A stretch of 64,000 nt of DNA from Ophelia neglecta (taxonomy: Eukaryota): positions 135,284,001-135,348,000 of the forward strand of contig OZ260661.1 of NCBI GenBank assembly GCA_965285935.1, read 5' to 3'. Positions 51,075 through 64,000 of the stretch are shown piece after piece. The number at the start of each line of letters is the position of its first letter. The stretch's first letter is position 1. Below the pieces are notes generated by a model. That model worked only from the letters and a program-made list of their open reading frames with translations. It had not been told where the DNA came from and did not search any database. The translations under genes were made by a program, and so were the position numbers.

Positions 51075-54000
51075 CTAATCCCTTTCATTCTCATACGTCC
51101 TGCCTATGGGTTCATATGCCAGGTTCAGATAGTCCACATCCTCAGAGTCAGATTTAGCCGTTCTTTGCATTCCAATTTCTCCTTCAAACTGTCCTTCGTT
51201 ATAATAATGGTGGTTCTCTGTGTCTAGCGTTCCTGTAATATTTTTGCCAGTGTTGTAATAGGTGGAACCAGCGTTTTCCGTATCCCTGTTGGTCCGTTGG
51301 TTCCTTAAAACAAAATATAACTATATATACAATAGATGTAAATCTGCAGGTTTAGTTAACAAATAAAGACTGCTATAAGGAGAGCAGCATTGTCAATTAG
51401 GAACCCTCAGGCTTTTGACCATGAAATATAACACTATGTGTCATATTCGCGAGGTGATCATATTTACCATGCATGCTGCCCAAAATATGGAAGGCATTAT
51501 ATGTTTAGTATATACCTAATATGTCTTCTCAACAATATTTTTCTAACTGATTTAACAGCATGGATGTTTTACTTGCAATAGCGCGAAATAAAAGCTTTAC
51601 TTTGTTGCAGCTTTTTTCGGACTCATTTATTTTTATAATTGATATTTTTACTTTTAAAGCTGGATATCCACTCCCGCTTTAATAGGAATTTGTTTTTATT
51701 GCACAAATTGGCAATTTCTTTATGTGCTCACCTTTTCTTTCGGTACAAAACAACCACAATAGTAACAACAGCGCCTACAGGCAGGAGAACACCAAATACG
51801 ACCCCAATATAAAGATTTTTATCGTCATCTGGAAAGTACGAATTCATCACGTTACATGTGTCATTTCGCGCCACCCCCCCCCCCCCCCCCCCCAGAGAAC
51901 TGGAAGCCGTTAACCTTTGCTGCAACATTTTATATAGCTAAAGTATGCATCAACTGTTGTTCGCTTAAGGTGACTTGTAAGGCAATAGGCCTACGCAAAA
52001 AAAATGCCCAAAAGCACTTTAATACATTTAATGCCATTACATATATATAACCATTTCAAAAAGAAGATTTTTTTTCAAGTCGGAAAATATTGCTCGTAAC
52101 AATAGACATTTTGCTATAAATGTCCTCGCGCATTCTGATCGCGCATATAGTCTACTGTTTCTCGTATATTTTCCCTAGCATAGTATTACTCCCCGCTGTT
52201 CGTCTTTGTTATTGTGTTCTCATCTGACTCTTTCCAATCGATACAAACATTCCTACAGTGTTAAACTAAAAATACAAGATTTATCATAACTTATGCGATA
52301 TTATTCAACGCCAAAGATGCCTGTCACTGAACACTCGTACGTACCAGACACTGATTCCGTGGTTGTTTTGGTAGTAGTTGAAGGTTTATACCATTTTGTA
52401 GTCATCGGCTCCCTTTTTGTTATGTCTAAAATGAAGTATAATTATCTAGTTGAACTTGTAAAGTTAAAATAACAATTATGGGGATGGTGTTCGCAATTTG
52501 TAAAGCAAATATGCATGATATACCTTTGAAATTGCGTGTGAAAACAAAATGCTCATTCCTGTATCCAAAAATATAAAATGTGAGGGGTTTAAAGATTAAT
52601 GTAACAGGTAAAACTTAGGACACTGCTATTGTTAATCCGAGTATACCATTCTCCGATGACCATAAAGGTGATTGTAATTCAAAGAATACGCACATTTCAA
52701 TGACATAATAGGTAACTGTGTGTTGTGCAACACTAACTTCCTGATTATGTTGACCACCAAAAACGCAAAATAAATATGATCAATTTTGCCTACCTTCCCT
52801 ATCACACAAATAGCTGTATCTATGCTGGGGCTCTGCACTCGTCCATTCTCCGTCGCTTCGCATCTGTACATGTCCTCGATTGTAAGTGGGTTCTGTACCA
52901 TGCCAGTTCTTCCATTCATATCGAACATTACCCAACCAGTTCCAACCAGCTCGCCTCTCAGTTATATGCATTCCTGGAAAGGCTGAGAGGGAGGCGTTTT
53001 TTCTCAATCCAATCCAGTATTGGGTTGATGCGGTATCAAAATCGCAGCCTTCCACTGCCGTGCAGTTGATCCTATTCATATTAATACAATGATGTTTTGG
53101 CAGCAGGTATGAACCCGAAATAATATGAAAAGTGACTACCCAATAAGCCTGTCGAAATGTGTATTGTGCACTGATTTATATGGATATGTAACTGGCAGTG
53201 ACCTAGTTTCATAATACTATTCTAGAATGATTGTATACTAATTAATGTGTGTTTAAGGGGGGGGGGGGCATTTGTTCCTTGAACCTGTTTGACAGCAAGT
53301 GTACTTACAGATTGGTGACAACAAAATCCGATAGATCCTTTGTTCCAACTGACAACAGTAGGGCTCCCAGGTTCTGACATGCTTCGAGGGCGTTTTGGTA
53401 GGTCCGTACGTGATTCCGAGGTGATATGTAATAACAACGCCCTCTATAACTGAGCCAACGACCGTCGAAATTACACAACGCCGCTACAGCTGATAGAAAC
53501 ACGACGTAATATGCCAGTCGTAATCTGTAAAATAAGCATCTCAAACGAAAGAGAACCGCAGGATATATCACCCAAGAGCACCACAGGTCAATAATTGAAA
53601 CTCAAGTTTCCAAATAGTAAATTAACATGCAACAAAATATAACAAGCCAAAACTAGATACTGATAGCACTTGTAATAAGAAGTAGGCTTCCATAATGCGA
53701 GTTAGATCACAAAACAAACGAGACAGTGGTAAAACACAGATAGGAAGCTATTATGGTGTAAGCAGTCCCATAATGTTTAGAGACTAACGCTGAAAGTGTC
53801 TCAGTAGGCTCAATACCAAAGAGGTGTGTAGACGGTTCCTTTCAAATCTCCTCGATAGTACTGTATAATGAAACTGCCGTAAAGTGAATCTGTCACGCTT
53901 TTGTTGTGACTAAACACATGCATCCGCAACAAATGATAAAGAATTATTATGTAGCATATGCACATGGCCCCAAGGCGGAATAGATCCTTCAAAACCACTG

Positions 54001-55608
54001 CATACTGATACTGCTAAAGTGTTCAAAGAATGGCAACTTGAACCTAAGTTTAAAGGAGAGTTATCTAACGTACTATGACCCTCCTATTGCCTGATGAAAT
54101 CCTTTATCGGATGCCTCGATGCTTATGTTGTACTTGGATATACAGGTGGAATATTTATCCGTGATTTTGGAAGATACCTGTTTTAATATGGAGTGTTCGT
54201 ACCCCTGTTTTAGTAATTCAGGCAGCGGCCTCCGTATCTTTAGTTAAAATCAGACAGAAAAAGCGCACACCTTTACAAAGATCTGGTGTCTCGAAGTGTA
54301 CAACCTGTATCCTGGTAAAATCGGAATATTGCCATGAAAGAAAGGGAAGTTTATGGTTAAAAAGTCGAAATTATCTCTTTTTAGACGACTAAAAAGCTAT
54401 TTTGGTCTTTAAAGGAAAAAATATTCAAATAGGAAAAAACCATTGTTGCTATCAGAGTTTAACCATATGGAGATCCAGAAAAGGGTAAGCCTGTAATACA
54501 GGGAAGTTTGCGATGAAGGGTGTTAAAATGGATTTCAAGGCAGTAGGGAGAGATATATGATGATATATAGCTGGTAGGCGATAGGGCGTCATATATTTTG
54601 GTAAAATGGCGGTAGAAGGTAGAGGGCGGTAAATATAGCGTGGTATATGGCAGTTCAAGGCGATAAATAACAGCGTGTTGTATGGCAGTAGACGACGACA
54701 GAGTGTGGCCGAAAGAGGAATAATAAGATACAAGGTAGTGTTGTACGATAGAGCGTGATATTTCTGGATGCAACGCAGCAAAAAGCGTTTAAAAAGATTT
54801 ATCATCAGGAGCTTTGCGGAGGGAGTAGACGGTAGTATAGGCAACTTATGTTGTCCAGCCCCGTAGGCTTTGTAGTTCGGTAGAGTTCAATAGAACGCGG
54901 TAGAAGATATAGAGAAAAGTTGTGGAGGGCGATATAAAGGAATTTATGGCAGGTGAAACAAATAGACGAAGGTCGTATTTTGTAATAAGATGTTGTGGCA
55001 TGGGGCGGTGGTCCTAGTGTCAATCTTAATCAATCGTAATAATGAGTTGATTGTGCGAATTTCAAAGTTGATGAGGGTTACTTGATGAGCGGTACTTGGC
55101 CATTAAGTCTTTGGATATATGTTCAATTTAGGTATATGAATTGTATCACTGTTGATCAATTGTGATAATTAAAATATACCGGCAACAGGGATGAGTCTAT
55201 ACGAGGCTTTTTGGAATTTATTGATTGATACTGTCCATTCCATATTGTTTCGATTGTGCAACTTGTCCCATCATAAACCTGATTCTGGACCGACGGAATC
55301 GACCAACGTTCGGTACATTTTACGGAATCAAAAAAATTGGTCTGTGTCATCTAGTGCATGAAGACCAAACGTCACATTAACTGTAAATTCATCATGTTGA
55401 TATATTCACATTCAGGTCCCACTATGCCATGATAGTGCCATTCGTTATATATCATAGTGTCTATGAAAACGACATAGAATCGTCACATTATACATATTGT
55501 GAAATCGACTGCCTTAATGACAAATTCTATCATATCTAGATTTCACTAATATATTGATAATTACTTACCAGTGAGAAACCCTAATTCCACAAACAGGAAA
55601 GATAACAT
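51075..55608 (-). CDS. Divergent CTLD receptor paralog G (~301 aa). Exons 55608-55569 (tentative SP), 53489-53309, 53071-52794, 52425-52345, 51828-51732, 51303-51075
   Basis: CTLD exons are 181 and 278 nt with the same phases as copies A-F. Motifs YWIGLRK, NWHGTEPT, YSYLCDRE; TM LYIGVVFGVLLPVGAVVTIVVVLY-RKKR; tail STYYN, HYYN, VDYLNL, AYEPI, TYEN. First exon is uncertain. Confidence 0.75.
54130..54495 (-). mobile_element. Degenerate Penelope-like element RT C-terminal fragment
   Basis: Successive minus-strand motifs PFLDL, KRDNFDFLTINFPFFHGNIP..PGY.LY and LLKQGY, as in PLE RT thumb regions. Frameshifted. Confidence 0.7.
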
Positions 55609-56182
55609 GACATCGGCAAAATATCAGATGGGAATGTTTTAGACACCCAGGTTTACAGTCTGTAACAGGGAAGTTTATTCATTATCAAGTCCATGTTTTC
55701 AATGTACAAAGCATAAGTATCTCGACACTGCCTATTCATGTATGAGACTTTCAGCGTCGCGTCAGCTTTGTTATTGAATACTATGAGGCTGATGATGATA
55801 TGAAGGTATGCATTGCTATAGCGATTCTTAAATGGAGTTGCGGCAACAACATAGTGGCACTTTATTTGTTGATAAAAAGACCCTGCACACTAACACATTT
55901 TATTGCTCTGAACTTTAAAATTTGTGAACTCGAAAATACATTCTATATTATCTATACATGACAGCCCAACCAATACAATACCCATTTTGCAGTCTAGTTT
56001 AATGGGTATTTTTTTTATGAACAAATGACCATCATTAATATTGTTTGTCTATGGGCGCAGTAGTTTATGATCTTAACTATATTTTGTCGTACTTTAATGC
56101 CGTCTAACACTGCTTAATGCAATGTTTACATTAAGAAAGCACAGTGTTTCTCATGCAAAATGCAGGAATACAGCTTGAATGA

Positions 56183-59020
56183 CAATGGCCAACTTACAGC
56201 CAAGATCATATTCCCTTATATATTCAAGCGGACTCCTGTTATCGACTATCTAATATAAGGGCTCTCGAAACCATGCCTTCCAGTTGCGCGCCTAGGTATT
56301 TTGGTTTATACGACACTTTTAAGCCAATTTTGAGAATTTATCACGAGATATTTTCTTACCTACACTTCATGCTGCTGCTAATAGAATCAAACCGAAGACG
56401 TGGCGGATCGATATCAATCATTTCAGGCCCCCATTACACTAGGACCGAACGCTAAATTCTAGNNNNNNNNNNNNNNNNNNNNNNNNNNNNNNNNNNNNNN
56501 NNNNNNNNNNNNNNNNNNNNNNNNNNNNNNNNNNNNNNNNNNNNNNNNNNNNNNNNNNNNNNNNNNNNNNNNNNNNNNNNNNNNNNNNNNNNNNNNNNNN
56601 NNNNNNNNNNNNNNNNNNNNNNNNNNNNNNNNNATTCACGCTATTTGCCCCAGACTCCACATGTAAACATTGTATCAACACTTTGCCATGTTCCACTTTA
56701 TAAATTTATCTTCGAACTCTACCACAAATAATTTTTAAATACGGACAATCAGCTTAGTTAATTTTATGTGATGTATTTTTCATCCATAATTTTAATAATT
56801 GTTAGGATTCTTGGTGCGACACCACTTTCTATTGCCTTATAATTATGAGTTATATTTGCCAATACCATCCAGTTTAATGCAAATTCTATATAAACAATTA
56901 CCTTCATAAAGCTCGGGTAGCATCTATGCTCAACCTTTCCTCCTTCCGTCATCCCCGGAACCCGCCAAAGACAGTCCAACCTCAAAGGTCGCTGCGGGGC
57001 CGACTGGCCCTCATAATTGCCTCAATACTCATTATTGGTTGCGCCTCCCACTGTCTGTGCTTTTTTTTCCACATACTTCATAATAATATAACCAAGTTTT
57101 TTTTATATGCGCCAAAACACGTATCACAATGGCCAACTTACAGCCAAGATCATACTCCCTTATATATTCAAGCGGACTCCTGTTATCGACTATCTAATAT
57201 AAGGGCTCTCGAAACCATGCCTTCCAGTTGCGCGCCTAGGTATTTTGGTTTATACGACATTTTAAGCCAATTTTGAGAATTTGTCACGAGATATTTTCTT
57301 ACCTTCACTTCATGCTGCTGCTAATAGCATCAAACCGAAGACGTGGCGGATCGATAGCAATCATTTCAGGCCCCCATTACACTAGGACCGAACGCTAAAT
57401 TCTAGNNNNNNNNNNNNNNNNNNNNNNNNNNNNNNNNNNNNNNNNNNNNNNNNNNNNNNNNNNNNNNNNNNNNNNNNNNNNNNNNNNNNNNNNNNNNNNN
57501 NNNNNNNNNNNNNNNNNNNNNNNNNNNNNNNNNNNNNNNNNNNNNNNNNNNNNNNNNNNNNNNNNNNNNNNNNNNNNNNNNNNNNNNNNNNNNNNNNNNN
57601 NNNNNNATTCACGCTATTTGCCCCAGACTCCATATGTAAACATTGTATCAACACTTTGCCATGTTCCACTTTATTATTTTATCTTCGAACTCAACCACAA
57701 ATAATTTTTAAATACGGACGATCAGCTTAGTAAATTTTATGTGATGTATTCTTCATCCATAATTTAATAATTGTTAGGATTCTTGGTGCGACACCACTTT
57801 CTATTGCCTTATAATTATGAGTTATATTTGCCAATACCATCCAGTTTAATGCAAATTCTATATAAACAATTACCTTCATAAAGCTCGGGTAGCATCTATG
57901 CTCAACTTTTCCTCCTTCCGTCATCCCCGGAACCCGCCAAAGACAGTCCAACCTCATAGGTCGCTGCGGGGCCGACTGGCCCTCATAATTGTCTCAATAC
58001 TCATTATTGGTTGCGCCTCCCACTGCCTGTGCTGTTTTTTTCACATACTTCATAATAATATAACCAAGTTTTTTTTATATGCGCCAAAACACGTATCACA
58101 ATGGCCAACTTACAGCCAAGATCATACTCCCTTATATATTCAAGCGGACTCCTGTTATCGACTATCTAATATAAGGGCTCTCGAAACCATGCCTTCCAGT
58201 TGCGCGCCTAGGTATTTTGGTTTATACGACACTTTTAAGCCAATTTTGAGAATTTGTCACGAGATATTTTCTTACCTACACTTCATGCTGCTGCTAATAG
58301 CATCAAACCGAAGACGTGGCGGATCGATAGCAATCATTTCAGGCCCCCATTACACTAGGACCGAACGCTAAATTCTAGNNNNNNNNNNNNNNNNNNNNNN
58401 NNNNNNNNNNNNNNNNNNNNNNNNNNNNNNNNNNNNNNNNNNNNNNNNNNNNNNNNNNNNNNNNNNNNNNNNNNNNNNNNNNNNNNNNNNNNNNNNNNNN
58501 NNNNNNNNNNNNNNNNNNNNNNAAAATTCACGCTATTTGCCCCAGACTCCACATGTAAACATTGTATCAACACTTTGCCATGTTCCACTTTATAAATTTA
58601 TCTTCGAACTCAACTACAAATAATTTTTAAATACGGAAAATCGGCTAAGTAAATTTAATGTGATGTATTCTTCATCCATAATTTAATAATTGTTAGGATT
58701 CTTGGTGCGACACCACTTTCTATTGCCTTATAATTATGAGTTATATTTGCCAATACCATCCAGTTTAATGCAAATTCTATATAAACAATTACCTTCATAA
58801 AGCTCGGGTAGCATCTATGCTCAACCTTTCCTCCTTCCGTCATCCCCGGAACCCGCCAAAGACAGTCCAACCTCAAAGGTCGCTGCGGGGCCGACTGGCC
58901 CTCATAATTGCCTCAATACTCATTATTGGTTGCGCCTCCCACTGCCTGTGCTGTTTTTTTTACATACTTCATAATAATATAACCAAGTTATTTTTTATAT
59001 GCGCCAAAACACGTATCACA
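56183..59020. repeat. Tandem triplication of a ~0.95-kb unit, each copy with an N gap at the same position
   Basis: Units begin CAATGGCCAACTTACAG at ~56183, ~57128 and ~58099. Gaps at 56463-56633, 57406-57606 and 58379-58522. Confidence 0.9.
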
Positions 59021-60281
59021 AGTCCTTACATATTACACTACCGTTACCACGTCCACTATATCACACGGGAATGAGAGTAGTGAAATATTTGTTAAACAAT
59101 ACATGTTGTCCGTTTGGTCATTTTATTCAATTGATATCGCATGACATTGACATTTAACTATTTTAAAATATATTTTTGGTAAATTTAAAATTGTCTCGCA
59201 GATTAGCAATAACGGCTTAGAAACACTAAATACAAATAGTGAAAGAATGAGTTTAAGACAGCCTAAACACAAGAGGTTAATCCAAATAAGAGATGGACAC
59301 TTTAGTAAGTTGCGTATGGTTTAGATTATTGTAGGGGCTAAGTAAATGCATATTTCATTGCAGAAACATACAAATGAAGTTCATTAAATTGTCAATATCC
59401 TTCCTATCCTTATTTCAACTTCACCCTTACTATTTAAACAAAATATCCAAATGATGTTTTAATTTGTCGCTTAATAACTAGCAAATATGTTTAATTGGAT
59501 TTAACAGATGCTGATGCTCATACAAGCACGTAGAATAACTCATGCTCAAATACACCATTGACAGGTGGTACATTCATAACAGCGACAAATGTACATATAT
59601 ACAATCCATAGGTATAACAATTGCATCCCTGTCATCATATAACGCAATATTCCCACACTACTATATCACCACTGGAAGTAAACCTCCGAGTTCAAAGCGA
59701 TTCGGCATAACATTATATGGTGATTTACAAATGGCTATTAACGGATAACAGCATGCTTCTTCTCCCAGTCAAATTACACATAATACACAATAAGGTAATC
59801 CTACTTTACAATGATTTTGAGGTGTGAATAACCAGGTTTGTTCCTGTTGTATTGTGTATGCGTTATAATAATATGCATATTTAATTAAGATAATTTATAC
59901 TTATAATCAAGTCAAATTATTCTGTAGCTACTGATAAGATACATACCCCACTGAGAGATCTTTCTTCCTTGTGATAAATATTTCTCCATATATTCTCCAC
60001 ATACAGCATTAATTTTTATGACTGTATACTTATATCACATAGAGCAATAAACAATTGTGACATAAAGTTGAAATAATATATGTATATTGAGTACGTGCTT
60101 CTGTACAAATGGGCAATTGTTTTCCATTGAGACGAGCATTTACAATGATATCGCATGAAAAGATGTGATTTGCATGCAATGGAATCACATGAAATAAGCT
60201 AAATGAAATAAGCTAAACGATTATAGTAAGTCCAGCAAAGACCTATTCTTGTTTGATGGCAAGAGCGGCTCTGATTTCAAG

Positions 60282-61993
60282 TCAGATTTTATATCTAAGA
60301 AGGCCCCGATTTCTCCTGTCTAGCGTCCCTAGATCTTCATACGATGTATGTTCATTGCCTGGTATTACGTTCTGGGTGTTACTTCCAGTTGCCTGGTTTG
60401 GTGGCCCGCTCCCGGCAGTAGCTATATGCCTTCCGGGATACGTACAATAAGTGGACATCGCTATTGTAGCCAGGGCTTCGTCTTTGTCTTCTATAGTGGA
60501 ACAATATGCATATTCGTTGTTGGTGTCTTCGTTCGTGGCGACTATCCTCCTTCAAAAAGTATTATAATAATCCATGCATTAGTTAAAAATCGTTCCATTT
60601 ATTGATAATAAGGTAAATTATATACCTGGATTAATAACACATGGCTTTATTTTGCATACACGCAAAGAACATAATATACGTGTATAGTATAAATGATCAC
60701 GTGCTTACCTATCCGTTCGATTTATGACAATTATTACAAGGGTAATAATTATAACGAGCATAACGGCCAGCACTGTTAAACTGTATAGGTAGAGATGTGT
60801 ACCTGAAAGTATAGTGGTGCAGGATATGCATATATAGGTGGGATGCATTTTAAAACATGAAATGAAGTGGTCGTTTAAATGATGCATGTGAAGTAGCATG
60901 TGATTGCTGACATTGAAGGTAATTGGTCTGACGTGAGGGCGTGAGACTTATTATGCTTTTTCAGTATTCTTGTCAGCTTTTTTTTTGAACTCTCTGCTGT
61001 CAAGCAAGACGAATGTGTCCAAATGATGTTTACAATATAAATGTCCCTCGAACTCTATACCGTTTACCGTATGAGAAGGTGTCTATACAAGTCTATAAAA
61101 ATGCACGTGTAATCAGTGAATTGCATGCTAAAAACATTCAGAATATTTCCTCCTTGAACGCCACAACCACAATTGTACCACTGCAGCACGGCATATACCG
61201 TGATTTATTTAACCGGCATTTATCAAGCAATAGACTTAATTTCTCAGTATTATTACATGAAATAACTTTACAAGGGCAAATTTGACCTTATGCTTTACAT
61301 CTTGGTCTGACTCATCGCGTTCGGGAAGTGGATTTAATTGCAACATAGTGTGACTAGGTGACTTTGCTATTCTGCTAGCTAACTACTCCCATTTTACCTG
61401 TAATTTGTAATAAACATAAAGGCTGAGAATGGGATTGGGTGGGGTTTTATGAAAGGGCAGGGGAGAGGGGCGATGGAGGGGTAACATTAACCAAACTATG
61501 CCATGTTACTCCCCCCCCCCCTGTTGTTTTGTCGCTAGCTTTGCACATGCATTAATGAAAGTATTCATTTTATTAAGGCAGAAAGTATGAAAGTTGATAG
61601 TGCGAGTATAAATCATAACATATGCCGATAATTCAGCCACCATGCTTTATGATATAGTATACTACAAACTCAGTGTTATACAGTATGCATGAGGTTTAAG
61701 GCACACCTCCCTGTGCTTGGTAAAGCAAGATATCTCTTCTGTCAAAAATTGACTGTTTCCTAATTGAACATTACCATATTCCAAATCATCCGATCCACTT
61801 TCCGAAGAGGTTTTCACGTTCACACTCGTTGATATCCAAATGTGCACGGGTGTAGTGTTTGTCTCACCTTCTATGGCAGTTGGCGTTGCTAGAGACGCTG
61901 GTAGTGGAAGTGGAGTATTGGCAACGCTTTCTAGGTTTGGCATCTGCTTGGTGATTGGCCTCTTGTTCGTTGTGGATGACAGTACCGTTCGAC
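60282..61993 (-). CDS. 3' exons of a further related membrane receptor H: stalk 61993-61775, TM 60802-60709, tail 60549-60282; ectodomain exons not identified
   Basis: The 94-nt phase 1/2 TM exon GTHLYLYSLTVLAVMLVIIITLVIIVINRTDR matches the size and start of the A-F TM exon. S/T/P-rich phase 1/1 exon. Open 89-codon tail containing EYAY and TSYEDL. Confidence 0.65.
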
Positions 61994-64000
61994 CTTTACA
62001 ATGAAATTAAACATGAATTTACCCTTCATATGATTATTAAAATTGCATATAAAATAAGTAATTAGTTGCTTACTCACCAAGTAATTTTAATCGAAAGACA
62101 AAGTGTAATCTTCAGACAGCCTCGGTAAACAAAACTCGATGGATTTAATTAATTATTGAATTGCCAGTATAGATTAAATGCAAAAGAAGACCGGGGAAGC
62201 CTTATCGCTATCTAGCAATACCACGGTTGGAGGATAATGGTTTGGACTGTTAGGAATGTATGAAAACAAAGACTGGTTAAAATCATTTCTCAATAGAGTC
62301 GTCAAGGGGGAGGTTTTTGTGGGCCAGAGTGAACAAAACGTGTCAACAAGTGTGTCCTCAATCCCTTGTAATTTCAAGCATTTCATTTACTTTGTCTGGC
62401 AAGCCAAATAAACAAGCCGAATAAATCCCGGACACCCAATAACTGTGATGAAGTATATTTTCCCTAAGAATCTGTCAATTTCGCTTTTGAAAATCGATTT
62501 GATGAACAAGTAGTCAAAGCAGCTTACCATCTCATATTTGCGGTTTAACTGGAACGTCGCAGCTCTAGAATGCAGTTGGGCCTCCCATAACAAACAAACA
62601 TCCAAAATACTTGTCATGATCGGGCGATAAATAGGGTGTATTCAGACAAGACATCATAATCTTTGACGGCCCAACAGACGATGCAAACGTTTGGTTTGAA
62701 ATTAACCTATATCCACCAGCGCATTTATCGCATGTTCTACAATTAATTAAGATAAAATATAAAGCAGAATATAGTCATATAAGCAATACTATACCTGTGA
62801 TCCATATGTATGCGATAAAGGACAAGAGAAACATGTCTTCGGTACATTTATCTGGATGAAATATAACGTATTATGCTGCTAGGCCGCCATTTCGGTCTTA
62901 AATGAAGGAAGAAGTTACCTCGATTTCCTTTTCATGACACTTCAGGATTCACATGTGCTTTGATAGCACACAAACATTACGGTAAGAACTTTTTCCTGTT
63001 TAATGTGGGTAATTATAGTGTTTTTTGGTGAAAACTAAAAGCAAATTCTGACAGCGTCATGGTGTGTGGACAAATTGAATACTAGTTACAATTGCCTGAA
63101 AGCAAACAACAGCCCGTAAATTCCACACAGCTGAACATATCGCGGAGTTGTCGACTGCGTAAGTATGGATATTAGACAGACAGTAGCGACGAGTTTATCC
63201 CCCAATACCCATACTTATATCTTGACTGGCTAGAATAAAGCGTTAGTTTCACAGGCTTCAGCTTTGTTAGGTGATTACATGCAACTGAGCTGCTAGTGTT
63301 ATTCCAGGCACTAGCCGCTATTGCTATCGTCATACTTAAATTTTCTACTATTCGAAAGTATGGATTTGTATTATGTGCATCTTTGCAACTGTGGTGGACC
63401 GTTTCTATAAGCAATTAATATCTACGCCTTATATTATATATATTATATATATTAGCAAATAAGCATTGTCATCAAACTTTAAATATGTTGCGGGCAGTTC
63501 AACTGACAGGGGGCAGCACCTCCTAGAACCTTGAAGTCTTTCTATTAAAATGCCTTTTGCCAACCCATGCCATGTCTTTAAGGTATATTTAGAGTAAGTA
63601 CTAAATAGTTGCCTTTGGGACATTGCTGATACCATTTTTCTTGATATAAACCTTGCTTCGTTGAATATCCTGTCAAATGGGATGAGGACCCATGCTGTTG
63701 ACATTATTGGAAATAGTAGATTTTCTAATCCCCACAATAAGTTTGCAATACACACTCTTAGAAATATTTGAAATAATGCCGTGTACCGTCATGAGCCGAG
63801 GAATTGGCAATTCCCCCCTCCAACTAACTCCATGAACTCCATGAACTATGCATTTGAGGATGTATATTCAGAAATCTGGATACCTATTTCATTGTTGTCA
63901 TTTTCTCATTGATTTAATCAACAGCTCCCGTGATCGGATCTCTAATTTTCAGTACATGGCCTCGTGAAATCAATTTATTTTAATTGTTGAATACCAGATA

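Noticed and set aside
52180-52270. Possible second stalk exon of gene G
   Set aside because: Candidate acceptors give in-frame stops in the required phase.
56439-59074. ORFs within the gapped tandem repeat
   Set aside because: They span N runs or frameshift between units, and contain no recognisable domain.
61290-61400. Possible additional exon of gene H
   Set aside because: Splice-like ends are present, but there are stops in the phase-1 frame.
1-64000. CRISPR arrays, rRNA or tRNA genes
   Set aside because: No short repeat-spacer arrays or recognisable structural RNA seen; the sequence is eukaryotic.

Overview
AT-rich, intron-containing metazoan (probably invertebrate) genomic DNA. Bases 1-44 kb are a head-to-tail tandem array of minus-strand, 6-exon genes (copies A-F) encoding type I membrane receptors: signal peptide, non-canonical C-type lectin domain (CTLD, 2 exons), Ser/Thr-rich stalk, TM helix, and a ~146-aa cytoplasmic tail rich in Tyr motifs (YYN, 3x YEDI, YEAL, ITIM-like VTYTPL). 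Splice phases (1,2,1,1,2) are conserved and exon lengths are nearly so. The array is followed by a decayed copy (44.3-45 kb), a full-length but inactivated LINE with a 9-bp TSD (45.4-50.3 kb), a divergent paralog G (51-55.6 kb), a gapped ~0.95-kb tandem triplication (56-59 kb) and the 3' exons of another related receptor H (60-62 kb). A young LINE with an intact RT interrupts the stalk exon of copy D. An old LINE relic fused to a duplicated promoter/ATG travels with several units. Paralogs are exon-level mosaics, which suggests a diversifying immune or allorecognition-type receptor cluster. All gene models were assembled by hand from splice signals; no searches were run.
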